From a virus, in the IMG/VR virus record IMGVR_UViG_3300027806_000003, positions 15,355 to 79,354 of that record: a DNA stretch of 64,000 nucleotides; one strand, given 5' to 3'. Positions 17,362 through 26,636 of this stretch are shown here, piece after piece. Both the position numbers and the translations under genes were made by a program. The notes below the pieces were generated by a model, which saw only the letters and a program-made list of their open reading frames with translations, was not told the origin of the DNA and made no database searches. Each line of letters starts with the position of its first letter. The first letter of the stretch is position 1.

Positions 17362-17544
17362 TCGTTCCCGCTCGAGCCTGGCCCGTGCGGCGATGGACAA
17401 CACACGGGGTGCGGGGCTCATGTACTTCTCGAGCCCAAGCCGCCGGGCCAGGAGCCGCGTCTGCGTGACCGGCCCGCACGTCACGGCCAGTTCCGCGGGC
17501 CGCATGCGGCCGACCAGATCCAAGCACTTTTCGGTGTGATTCAC
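17161..17544 (-). CDS. Hypothetical protein overlapping the int 3' end in antisense
   Basis: GTGA coupling to the upstream gene, GGAGG RBS. Confidence 0.45.
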   Translation of the reverse strand: MNHTEKCLDLVGRMRPAELAVTCGPVTQTRLLARRLGLEKYMSPAPRVLSIAARARLERERSAAAVDRRRAGVAGRGLKGTLTGAEPAALEHAAVAGGQAQGQLGTHGTLGADLLEHGGEGRIGKEG

Positions 17545-17951
17545 GCCGCACCTCCCGCCATCATCTCGCGCACCTGTCCCTCAACCTTGCCAACGATCTC
17601 CAGCGCCTGCCGCCGCGCTTGCCGGTTGCGATCGCTGCCCCTGGCCTCATCGGCTCCCGCCTCTTGCCTGGCCAGTTCGATCATCTCCGGCATTCTGATG
17701 ACCGAGCTATGCCCGGTCCCGTGCGGCCGCACCCGATCGGCAACCTCCGGCCACGAGAGCCGCGACAACGTGCGCAGCAGGTACGCCATCGCCCACCGCG
17801 CTGCCAGCACCTGCGGCATGCGGCCGATGCCGCGAATCTCGCCGATCGGCACACCGCTGGCGAACACCACCATCAGCACAACGGCATCCGGCTCGGCACG
17901 CCAAAGCCCCCTGGGCACCAGATGCGAACTCAGCGACTGGGCAACGCTCAC
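17541..17951 (-). CDS. DnaA C-terminal (domain IV)-like HTH protein
   Basis: AARWAMAYLLRTLSRLSWPEVA...GHSSVI; GTG start overlaps the methylase stop. Confidence 0.7.
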   Translation of the reverse strand: MSVAQSLSSHLVPRGLWRAEPDAVVLMVVFASGVPIGEIRGIGRMPQVLAARWAMAYLLRTLSRLSWPEVADRVRPHGTGHSSVIRMPEMIELARQEAGADEARGSDRNRQARRQALEIVGKVEGQVREMMAGGAA

Positions 17952-19792
17952 GCCACACCTCCCACCCGCCCCGCATCGACTCCCGCCGCCACGCGCGCCC
18001 CTACGCGCGGCAGGTTCGCCCGCACCAGCGCCGCCGCCTGCACGGGCGACACGGCGTTGCCGATCAGCCGCACGGCCTCTCGCTGCGTGGCCGGCCAGAT
18101 GTACGTTTCGGGGAACCCCATCGCCGCCGCCAGCTCGCGCGGCTTGAGCATGCGAAACAGGATGTCGACCATCGGCCGCCGCACAACCAGCCCCGGCTGA
18201 TTCGCATCGTGCAGGCTCACGTACACCAGCCCATCGGCATCGGCCACCGCCACGCCCAGCCGCACCAGGAGCCCGGCCACGGCCAGCGCCCGCCGCCGCA
18301 TCTCCGGGCTCATCGTCAACGTCTGCTCGCCAACCGCCGCCGCGACGATGCCATGGCGATCGTGCGTCGTCACGGTCCCCAGCGGCTCGAGCACATCGCG
18401 CCCGCCGCTCTCGGCCCCGTAGAACGCCAGCGCCACCGGGCACACCAGCCCACTCTGTCCTCCGGTGGTAACGGTCGGCAGCGGCTGCTCCATCGTGCCG
18501 CCGGTGTGCCCCGTGGTGTTGTGCATGATCACCGGCATCGCCACCGCGCGATGGTCTCGCGTCAGCACAGTGCCCATTGGCTCCGACGCCGGAACCGCTC
18601 GACACGTCGGCCCTCCGGCAGAGAGCACCATCGGGCACACCAGCCCCTGGTGCATCCCGCCCGCGGCGATCGTCGCCATGGGCTCTTGCACATCGCGGCC
18701 CTGCCCGTTGCGCCGCAGCACGCCGAGCACCGGCGTGACCACGGCCAAGTCCTGCCGCGTGGTCTGGGTGGGCATCGGCCGCAGCACATCGGCCACATGC
18801 CACCCCCCGCCGGTCTGCGTCACGCGGAGGCAGAACGGCCGCGGCGAGTTGATGACGTACCGCCTGATCCCTTCGCCGATCCGCGCGAGCGTCTTGTCCG
18901 CGAGCGGCCTTTCCCGCTCGAAGATGCTCCGCCCGAGGTCGGTCCAGTCGATGACATCCGCCGCGCAGCGGGCATCGGCGGCCTTGCCCCGCGCAGCGGA
19001 TGCTTCCGGCCACGCCGGAGCGTGGCCATCTCTGCGTGCGATCACGTACAACCGCTTCCTTCGGCACGCAGCACCGAAGTCCGCGGCATCCATCACCCGC
19101 CACTCAACCTTGTACCCCAGCCTCCGCAGCATCGCCGCCCACCGCCTGAACGTCTGGCCCTTTCGCCCGGGCACGGGCTCGAGCACCGTGCGTCCCTGCG
19201 CATCGCGCACCGCGCGGCCGTGTTCATCGGTGCGCGCCCGCGTCGGTCCCCACTCAAGGAACTCCGGCACGTTCTCGACCATGATGATCCGCGGCCTGTG
19301 CCGCTCATCGAGCTCGCGTGCCCACTTGATCACCACCCACGCCAGGCTCCGCACGCGGCCCGATACCGGCGCGGCCCCTCGCGCCCGCGAGAAGTGCCGG
19401 CAGTCGGGAGAAGCCCAGAGCACGCCGACCGGCCGCGGCTTTCCGTCAGCCCCGCGGATGACGCTGCCCGGTGCCTCGGCCCAGACATCACCGAGCCGGT
19501 GGTTCGTGCGCGGGTGGTTGCGTGCGTGCGTCAGCACGGCCACTTCGGAGTGGTTCACGCACTCGTGCACCAGCAGCCCGGCATCTTCCATGCCCTGCGT
19601 CGCCCCACCGCCGCCGGCAAAGAGATCAACGTTGATCTCCCCGGGCAGGGGTCCGCCGCAGACCGACTCGGCCAGGCTCAACCTCGCCGCCGATTCAAAG
19701 TCCAGCATGTCCATCATGTCCGCAGGGCTGACCGTCACGATTGCTTCTCCCGCTGTCCACCCCGGTCGCACCCAACCCCCATCCGCCCGCAC
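17948..19792 (-). CDS. C5 cytosine DNA methyltransferase
   Basis: DLFAGGGG, SPDC, ENV, RKR and IGNAV motifs; start uncertain. Confidence 0.93.
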   Translation of the reverse strand: MRADGGWVRPGWTAGEAIVTVSPADMMDMLDFESAARLSLAESVCGGPLPGEINVDLFAGGGGATQGMEDAGLLVHECVNHSEVAVLTHARNHPRTNHRLGDVWAEAPGSVIRGADGKPRPVGVLWASPDCRHFSRARGAAPVSGRVRSLAWVVIKWARELDERHRPRIIMVENVPEFLEWGPTRARTDEHGRAVRDAQGRTVLEPVPGRKGQTFRRWAAMLRRLGYKVEWRVMDAADFGAACRRKRLYVIARRDGHAPAWPEASAARGKAADARCAADVIDWTDLGRSIFERERPLADKTLARIGEGIRRYVINSPRPFCLRVTQTGGGWHVADVLRPMPTQTTRQDLAVVTPVLGVLRRNGQGRDVQEPMATIAAGGMHQGLVCPMVLSAGGPTCRAVPASEPMGTVLTRDHRAVAMPVIMHNTTGHTGGTMEQPLPTVTTGGQSGLVCPVALAFYGAESGGRDVLEPLGTVTTHDRHGIVAAAVGEQTLTMSPEMRRRALAVAGLLVRLGVAVADADGLVYVSLHDANQPGLVVRRPMVDILFRMLKPRELAAAMGFPETYIWPATQREAVRLIGNAVSPVQAAALVRANLPRVGARVAAGVDAGRVGGVA

Positions 19793-19880
19793 ACACCGTC
19801 AACCACCGCTTCAACCATCAGGTACACCACCACCGCCGCCGCGGCACACACCACCGCCGCCGCGGCGATCAACACCGCGC

Positions 19881-20420
19881 TCACGCAGCACCGCCTTCGA
19901 TCGGGTTTCCGTTGACGTAGTGCCACAGCCGATCGAACGCCTCTTCGCACGGGTCAAAACCGCGATAGGCACGGATCACACCGCGCAGCGCCTCAACAAT
20001 CAACTCGGCCTCGGCCGGCCCATTGGCCGCGGCGATCGACCACACACCCTCTGCGGTCTTGATGCGCACCACATAGTCACCGGTGGCATCATCGCGATGA
20101 TCAGTGACAACGATGTTCTGCGTGTGCCGGTGTGAGCCGCTGTTCAGCCGCTTATGGATGCCCGTCGCGGCCTCGGCCAGCCGGTCCCTCACCGCCGCGA
20201 GCGCCGCTTCCCGCGATGAATACACCTGCCGCATGGCAAAGTTCCCGCCGATGCCCGGGAAGTGAATGAAGACCGCGCTCTGCGAGGCGCTGAGCGTCCA
20301 GACCGGGTGCTCCGAAGCATCCATGTCCTTGTCCGAATGCAGCACAAAGACCGGCCCTTCATGCTCACAGATCTTCTTCCCACACGCCATCGTCGCTTCG
20401 CTGATCTTGCCCATCGTCAT
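19881..20420 (-). CDS. Hypothetical protein
   Basis: ATG after GGAG RBS; co-oriented. Confidence 0.5.
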   Translation of the reverse strand: MTMGKISEATMACGKKICEHEGPVFVLHSDKDMDASEHPVWTLSASQSAVFIHFPGIGGNFAMRQVYSSREAALAAVRDRLAEAATGIHKRLNSGSHRHTQNIVVTDHRDDATGDYVVRIKTAEGVWSIAAANGPAEAELIVEALRGVIRAYRGFDPCEEAFDRLWHYVNGNPIEGGAA

Positions 20421-20473
20421 GCTCCCTTGACTTTGCTGCTTTGCCCTTTGCTGCTTTGCCCTTTTCTCAGCGT

Positions 20474-21064
20474 CTACTTCCCCCTGCGCTGCCCCGTGCT
20501 CTCCGGCTCGCTCCCGCTCCGCACCCCCGCCCGCTGCTCGATGTGCCACCGGCGCACGCGCGTCGCCGCCGCGGCCGCGCTCACCAGCGCATCGGCCAGC
20601 TCCATCGCCGAGCCGCTGGCCATATCCGGCAGCGTCACGTACGCGCGCCCGTCGCCGCCGCTCTCGCTCAGGCTCACGCGCACCATCCCGGGCGCGACGA
20701 TCCGCACCGTGTGCCCGCTCAAGCTCGCGTAGACCACGCGGTCGAGCGTGCTCAGTTCCATCTTCGCGGCCTGGTCACCATTGACCGCGCGGCCGAGCAG
20801 CTCGCTCAGCGATCGCGCCGCATCGGCCAGCACGCGGCCGATCCCCTCGGCCTGGCCGATCGCGGCCCTGGTCCCGCCCGGCAGTTCCGCGGGCTCAACG
20901 TCCAGGCTCGCCCGCTGCACGCTCCCGCGCTCATCGGCCATGTTCGCCTCCTCGGTGATCGTCACGGTCAAGCCTTCCCGGCCGGGCTCCCGGCCAACAT
21001 CCACGCGCAGCAGCCCCACCGCCCACGGGCACACGCCCCGGGCCACCACGACAGGCACACGCAT
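20474..21064 (-). CDS. Hypothetical protein
   Basis: ATG after AAAGGA RBS. Confidence 0.55.
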   Translation of the reverse strand: MRVPVVVARGVCPWAVGLLRVDVGREPGREGLTVTITEEANMADERGSVQRASLDVEPAELPGGTRAAIGQAEGIGRVLADAARSLSELLGRAVNGDQAAKMELSTLDRVVYASLSGHTVRIVAPGMVRVSLSESGGDGRAYVTLPDMASGSAMELADALVSAAAAATRVRRWHIEQRAGVRSGSEPESTGQRRGK

Positions 21065-21178
21065 TGCATTTCCTTTCGTGCCTCCGGCGGCTCTTGAACT
21101 CACGCCGCCCGCACACACCTTGCAAATCCCGCCGCCGGGTGTCCCCGGCGGCAGGCATCCGTGGAGAGAGAGAATGCC

Positions 21179-22117
21179 TTACGCCTCGAACGACCAGGCC
21201 TGAACGTTGCTCTTCATCGGCAGCGCCTCGAACACGCCGACGCTCTTGATGCCGCCATCGCCCTCACGGCCAGCGGCGATTTCCTTGAGCGTTCGGCGAA
21301 CAACGCCCGCCAGCCAGCCCACCGCTTCCGCCTCGGCCCGCTCGACCTGCCCGGCCTTGGCCCGCAGCAGCAGCGGCTTGTCCGCCAGAGCGTCAACATC
21401 CAGCGTGGCGCCGACGCGCTGCATGTGCGGAACCTCATCGATCAGCACGTTGTCCCACACCGCCGCATCGATGACCACGTCCTCGGGCAGCTTGTCGGTG
21501 CCGGTCACTTCGGCCACGATGTCAACATCCACCTTGCTGGCACCCTGGCTGATCTTGCTGGTGCCCGTGGTGTTGCTGACGCTCTTCAGATCGCTGATAA
21601 GCTCGACCAAGTTGGCCGGCTCGTAGCGGGCCTGCATGTCGGTCTTCAGCAGCGTGCGCAGCTCCCGCTGGCCCGTCCGCTGGCTCTGCCGCAGGGCCCG
21701 CACGCGATGCCAAGTCTGCGAAATCGCCAGATCCATCCGCACGCCGTCGCCGTAGGCGATCGCTTCTTCATCTCGGTAAGCCTCGATCGCACCGAGGCTC
21801 ACCAGCACAATGGGCTTGTACGGGCTGTCACCGCCGCCGCAGATCCGGTCGAGCATCGCGCACAGCGCGTCAACCGTCAGCGCCACCAACCGCACCGGCG
21901 GCTCAAGCGGCGACACCACCAGCCCCTCAACCTCCTCGCTGGTCAGCGCCCGTCCCGCGGCCCGGTCATAAACGATCTTGGTCCCGTTGGCCTTGTCGAC
22001 ATCGCTCACCGTCAGGCCCAGGTTCGCGCCCTTGCTCTCGGCCCACTTGAGCACCTCGATCTGCCCACCACCGCCACCACCACCACCCGCCGTACCGCCA
22101 TTCTTCTCACTGCTCAT
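21179..22117 (-). CDS. Conserved phage early protein (DUF2303-like)
   Basis: Size and pairing with the upstream small protein; family call by recollection only. Confidence 0.45.
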   Translation of the reverse strand: MSSEKNGGTAGGGGGGGGQIEVLKWAESKGANLGLTVSDVDKANGTKIVYDRAAGRALTSEEVEGLVVSPLEPPVRLVALTVDALCAMLDRICGGGDSPYKPIVLVSLGAIEAYRDEEAIAYGDGVRMDLAISQTWHRVRALRQSQRTGQRELRTLLKTDMQARYEPANLVELISDLKSVSNTTGTSKISQGASKVDVDIVAEVTGTDKLPEDVVIDAAVWDNVLIDEVPHMQRVGATLDVDALADKPLLLRAKAGQVERAEAEAVGWLAGVVRRTLKEIAAGREGDGGIKSVGVFEALPMKSNVQAWSFEA

Positions 22118-22200
22118 TGCATGTTCCTTGTCTTCACCGCCACACGTTGCACATCCACCATGCCGCACCCTTGCTCAGAACCAGCCGCGACGATCGCGGC

Positions 22201-22593
22201 TTACTCGCTCTGATCCTCAAGACCGCCGAAGGTCGCCTGCGCCACGTTGTCAGGATCGCCGCCGATCACGCCGGCAAACAACCGCTCACCGGTGGCCCGA
22301 TCAACCGTCTCGGTGATCATGCACTCGTGGCCCTCGGTCTGCTGCGGCGGAACCACCGATCGGATCGCCACGTTGATCGTCGCCGTCGGCGCGGATTCCC
22401 CGGAGCCCTCATCGTCGCCGTGGCTCTTGGGGGTCACGCTCATCACGATCGTCAACTTCCGCGCCGCGTTCACGCCGGGCCGCTTGGCCACATCGCGGAG
22501 CACCGTCCCGAGTTCCTTGTTGAAGATCTTGCCCACCAGCCCCTTCTTGAGCTTGCCGACCGCCCCCAGATCCAAGACCGCTCGCTGCGCCAT
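22201..22593 (-). CDS. Conserved phage early protein
   Basis: G.VGKIFNKEL..VLRD...RP....ARKLTI motif; AAAGGA RBS. Confidence 0.6.
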   Translation of the reverse strand: MAQRAVLDLGAVGKLKKGLVGKIFNKELGTVLRDVAKRPGVNAARKLTIVMSVTPKSHGDDEGSGESAPTATINVAIRSVVPPQQTEGHECMITETVDRATGERLFAGVIGGDPDNVAQATFGGLEDQSE

Positions 22594-22685
22594 GCGTATT
22601 CCTTTCTGCACCCGACCATGTTGCACACGCCCCTTTGCGCAGCGGAGTGCAACACACACTCCGCCGCGCGCCGGTGGCGACACCA

Positions 22686-23291
22686 TTACAAACCCTTCCG
22701 CCCCCCGGCCCCAGCCGCGCCCCCCGCCGTTTGCCCCATCCCCGTCGCCCGCTGCTGCATCTCACTGGCCAGCAGCATCAGCCGCCCCGCCTGGTCGGCC
22801 AGGGCCTGCGCCTCGTCCTTACTAATGACCGTGTCCTGCGCCGCGGCGTTCAGCCGCTCGGCCAGCATGCCGACCGAGGCCATCACGCCCAGCATCATGC
22901 GGTCAAGGCTCTGCGCCGCCGCGTCGGCCTCGCTCTCGGCCACCAGCGCGAATCCCCACTCCTCGCCCAGCCGCGACACCAGCCACGCCCGCGCGTCATC
23001 CGGCAGGTGCGGGATCAGCTTGAACAGCTGGAACCAGGGCACATGCCGATCCGCCTTGCTCGGCGAGAGCCAGGCCACGATCGTCTCGTACGAGATCCCG
23101 AGCCGATTGGCCAGGAACCGCCGCGTCACACCCAGCTCCTCGCACCGATGCACCGCCCCGCGGAAGAGCTCCTCCGCCCGCGCCCCCACCGGATCACGCA
23201 CGAGATCCTCCTTGATCTCACCGTCTGCTCGCCGCAGGTCTGGCCGCCGCCCGTCCAGAAGTTTCCCGCGTTGTTGGCTTGTTATGTCCAT
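22686..23291 (-). CDS. CII-like phage regulatory protein
   Basis: HTH LANRLGISYETIVAWL followed by helical ..AAQDTVISKDEA (186 CII/CP76-like). Confidence 0.6.
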   Translation of the reverse strand: MDITSQQRGKLLDGRRPDLRRADGEIKEDLVRDPVGARAEELFRGAVHRCEELGVTRRFLANRLGISYETIVAWLSPSKADRHVPWFQLFKLIPHLPDDARAWLVSRLGEEWGFALVAESEADAAAQSLDRMMLGVMASVGMLAERLNAAAQDTVISKDEAQALADQAGRLMLLASEMQQRATGMGQTAGGAAGAGGRKGL

Positions 23292-23423
23292 GGACCCACG
23301 CAATCCTTCCATCACTGTGCCACTGCGCCACTCCGCCACTGCACCACTGCCCGCATCACTTCCCAACCAAACCCGCGTGCCGGGGCGCCAGCCCCGGCCG
23401 CGAGCGCACCAGCGCGGCCTCGC

Positions 23424-24506
23424 TCACACGCCCACCGTGTTTGCCTGCTCCGCACCGCCAACACCGCCAGCCGTTCCCCCAGCCGCCCCCCCGCCCCCGC
23501 CCGCCGCCACCACCGCCTCCAGCTCCGCCAAGCGCGACACCAGCGCCGCCACATCCGCCGCCAGCGCCCTGGCCGCCGCGGCGTCGATCCCCGCCCCCCG
23601 CTCAGCGCTCACGCTGATCCGAGCCAGCACCCGCTGCGCATGCCCCCTTGCCGCCACCACCGCCTTCTCAGCCGCCGCGAACATCGGCACCAGACTCAGC
23701 TGCACCGCCGCCGGCTGCACCACCCCCGCGGCCATCGGCCCCCGGCCATCGGTCTTTGATCCTCCCACGTTTCCTAACGGGGGAGGTGGCGAGTCCTCGA
23801 GCCGGATGGGGTCCCCGCCTTCGCCTTCGGCCCCGAAGGGGCCGCGGCCTGCCCCCCCAATAGCCACGTGTGCAACCCGTGGAAACGTCTGCACGCTCGC
23901 TCCTGCCCCGGCAGGGGCAGAGGAGAGCCCCGCCAATCCACCCCCAGCATTTCCCCTCGGAGTTGGACCAATCGGTCCAACTTCAAGGGTTCTCCCCGGC
24001 CCGCCGATGGCACCGACGATGATCTCGGCCTCGTGCGTGCTCAGCCGGCCTTCGTCGGCGTTGCGGCTGATCCGCGCCGCCATCGTGGCGTGTCCCGCCT
24101 GGGCCAGCCGCTTGGCCGCGTCCTTGGCCGCCGCCCGCACCGCCTGCTCGTTCATGTCCCCGTCGCGGCCAAAGGCCTCGCCCAGCGCGATCGCCCGGCT
24201 GACCAGCTTGGCGTGGAGCTGGCTCTCTCGCTGCCACTGCCCCCAGGCCCCGTGCCTGCCGCGTGCCATGAGCTGCTGCCGCACCGCGATCAGGTACGCC
24301 CCAAGCTGCACCCGCGCCCGCAGCAGATCCTTCTTCTTCACCGCCACCAGGCTGGCCAGGCTCCCCGCCCGCGCGATACTCGCCCCCCAGGTCACCTCGA
24401 GCGTGGCCCCGTCCACCGTCGGCACCACCAGCGGCGCGTACACGCCAGCGCCAGCCCCAACGGCAACACCAGCCGCCGCCCCCGACTCAATCCGCAGTGC
24501 GGTCAT
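23424..24506 (-). CDS. Hypothetical protein with in-frame REP segments
   Basis: LGAYLIAVRQQL..HGAWGQW (DUF3102-like motif); ATGA overlap. Confidence 0.55.
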   Translation of the reverse strand: MTALRIESGAAAGVAVGAGAGVYAPLVVPTVDGATLEVTWGASIARAGSLASLVAVKKKDLLRARVQLGAYLIAVRQQLMARGRHGAWGQWQRESQLHAKLVSRAIALGEAFGRDGDMNEQAVRAAAKDAAKRLAQAGHATMAARISRNADEGRLSTHEAEIIVGAIGGPGRTLEVGPIGPTPRGNAGGGLAGLSSAPAGAGASVQTFPRVAHVAIGGAGRGPFGAEGEGGDPIRLEDSPPPPLGNVGGSKTDGRGPMAAGVVQPAAVQLSLVPMFAAAEKAVVAARGHAQRVLARISVSAERGAGIDAAAARALAADVAALVSRLAELEAVVAAGGGGGAAGGTAGGVGGAEQANTVGV

Positions 24507-24585
24507 GGCTCACCCCCGTCATCGGCCCCGGGCTCAATCACCACGCCCGCTCCTTCCCACTTCCTCTTGCTCTTGCTCTTGCTCC

Positions 24586-25260
24586 TCACGCCGCACCCCC
24601 ATCCTGCCGCCCGGCCTGCCCCTCTTCCCTCCGCTCCCCTTCCCTTCGCGTCTTCGCGTCTTCGTGCGCCCGCCCCCGCGCCTTCTCCTCCGCCTCCATC
24701 TCGCGTATGAACTCCGCGTGCTCGGCCCCCAGCAGCCTGGCCATCAGCCCGATCGGCGTGCCGTCCAGGTCCGCCAGCCCGGCGACGATCTCCAGCCCGT
24801 GATAGCACAGGGTCTGCGTCACGGTCCCGCCCCCGGCGGTGCCCTCGCTCCACTTGCACAGCCCGTCTCGTTTGCTGGCCCAGGTCATGGCCACCGCGTG
24901 GTAGAGCCCGCTGGCGTCGATCGGCATGCCGATGCTGCGTGCCCGCTGGGCGACCTGAACCCAGTCCACCTGGTCAACATCCGCCCGTCCGCAGTGCACC
25001 AGCGTCTCGGTGATCAGCCCCGCGGCCACGGCCCGCGCCGTGATCTGGTGGGCCTCGCAGATCAGTTCCCGCCCCCGCCGCCGCGCCTCGGCGATCGACC
25101 ACACATCGGCGGTCACCGCATCGGGCAGGCGGTACACCATCTGCCCCACCGGCGGCCTCGGTGCCCGCCCGAACTCGCCAACCGGCTCGAGCCCCATCGC
25201 CGCGGCCTCGGCCCCCAGCGCCGGCAGCCGGCCCTTCTCATCTCGCTGCACGCTGATCAC
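24586..25260 (-). CDS. Hypothetical protein
   Basis: GTG start coupled to the upstream stop. Confidence 0.5.
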   Translation of the reverse strand: MISVQRDEKGRLPALGAEAAAMGLEPVGEFGRAPRPPVGQMVYRLPDAVTADVWSIAEARRRGRELICEAHQITARAVAAGLITETLVHCGRADVDQVDWVQVAQRARSIGMPIDASGLYHAVAMTWASKRDGLCKWSEGTAGGGTVTQTLCYHGLEIVAGLADLDGTPIGLMARLLGAEHAEFIREMEAEEKARGRAHEDAKTRREGERREEGQAGRQDGGAA

Positions 25261-25595
25261 AGGCCACCCCCAGCGTTCTGGCCCTCGGCCATCGGGATGC
25301 GGCCCCCGGACCCAACGGGGCCGCGGGATGTCGCCACGGGTGAAGCGCAGCGCAACCCGTGGACAGCCTTCGCCCCCACAGATCCTTCCCCGCCCACCGT
25401 CAGATTGGCCAACCGGGGAGGTGCCGAGTCCCAAGTGTCATTTGGGAGGCGGAGGGGGCGAGCCGCTCGCGCCACCGGCCTGACCACCGCCGCCACCAGC
25501 CTTCGGATCGCGGCATCACTGGCCTCGGCCTCAACGAACACAAGCCGCATCGCTGCGGCTGGTGGTGTCGGTACAACGGGTCTGGTCTTGTTCAC
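25257..25595 (-). CDS. Hypothetical first gene of the leftward early operon; largely REP-derived
   Basis: GTG after GGAG; GTGA coupling downstream. Confidence 0.35.
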   Translation of the reverse strand: MNKTRPVVPTPPAAAMRLVFVEAEASDAAIRRLVAAVVRPVARAARPLRLPNDTWDSAPPRLANLTVGGEGSVGAKAVHGLRCASPVATSRGPVGSGGRIPMAEGQNAGGGL

Positions 25596-25739
25596 GCGCG
25601 TGCTCCACTGCCCTCTCGGGCCTTGTCGGGTCGGCGGCCATCCACGGTCGCCGTGCCCCTAAAACCCGCGGCGAGCGTTGAAACTCGCCGAGGGCTGGAT
25701 GGCTTTCGTGGGCCTTGAACCCCACGCACGCACGGGAGG

Positions 25740-25846
25740 ATTGTGCCATGCGTAGGGCATATGTCAAACACAAGTGTCAAAGAAGTCTATAAATCCCCGG
25801 TTTGGGGCGTTTGTTGACATTGCCACCACACACGGAAGACTCATGC
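25740..25846. promoter_or_regulatory. Divergent promoter/operator (immunity) region
   Basis: AT-rich; TTGACA at 25762-67 (-), 25775-80 (-) and 25814-19 (+); TTGACA-16-CACAAT leftward. Confidence 0.6.
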
Positions 25847-26440
25847 ATGAACCCGGTCGCAGAACTTCGCCGGGGGCGGGGTCTGACGCAGAGTGAACTC
25901 GCCGCCGCGGCGGGCGTGCATCTTCGCACCGTCTGGCGAATGGAGCATGACAGAGGCTCGGCAACACTTCCGAGCGTCACCGCCGTAGTGATCGCGCTGC
26001 ACGACTCCTCCGGAGTTTCTGAGGATGAACTGTTTTCTGTTGCCCGCCACTTTGGGCTTCCGCCGGCCCCGATACTGGCTCGCCTTGGAGTTCAATCGGT
26101 GCGATCAGGAACGGCGCCGGCAAGCGTTGCGGACACCGATCGGCTCATCGCAAAGCTGCGCGTTGCCATCGCGGAGCTCGGCGTAGCAGCCGTCGAACAG
26201 CACCTCAATGACGTTCTCATGGCGGCTTTTGCCAAAAACTCGCCGCCGCCCGCGACCGCCGTTGGTGCCACTTCCGATGAGCATGTCATGACCGTCGCAT
26301 CGAACCCCCGCAAGAGCCCGCTCGGCCCGAACATCCTGGAGCAGGAGTTTCGCCACTACTCGCCAGCCCCTCCACCAGCCGCGCCCACCGAGCCTCAGCA
26401 GTCCCCGTCCAAGCCCGCCCCCAAACGCCGACCCGGATAA
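25847..26440 (+). CDS. XRE-family HTH repressor
   Basis: LRRGRGLTQSELAAAAGVHLRTVWRME; divergent from the early operon. Confidence 0.85.
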   Translation: MNPVAELRRGRGLTQSELAAAAGVHLRTVWRMEHDRGSATLPSVTAVVIALHDSSGVSEDELFSVARHFGLPPAPILARLGVQSVRSGTAPASVADTDRLIAKLRVAIAELGVAAVEQHLNDVLMAAFAKNSPPPATAVGATSDEHVMTVASNPRKSPLGPNILEQEFRHYSPAPPPAAPTEPQQSPSKPAPKRRPG

Positions 26441-26636
26441 CTCTTCGGCCCCGAAGGGGCCGAGGTATGTAGCCACGGGTGGAGCGCAGCGCAACCCGTG
26501 GACAGCCTTCCCCTTCATTCCTGCCCCGGCAGGGGCAGAGGAGTCTCGGAGCCACGATCCCGCCCGCCCGCACGCGACCATCGCCGCTCTCTTTGCTTTG
26601 CCGCTTCACCGCGATCATCATCAAAGGCCCTCCCTC

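Noticed and set aside
17541-19103. 520-aa ORF as a single gene
   Set aside because: Its 5' part overlaps the methyltransferase out of frame; only 17541-17951 looks coding.
7262-26542. CRISPR array
   Set aside because: The repeats are dispersed over kilobases without regular spacers, and there are no cas genes.
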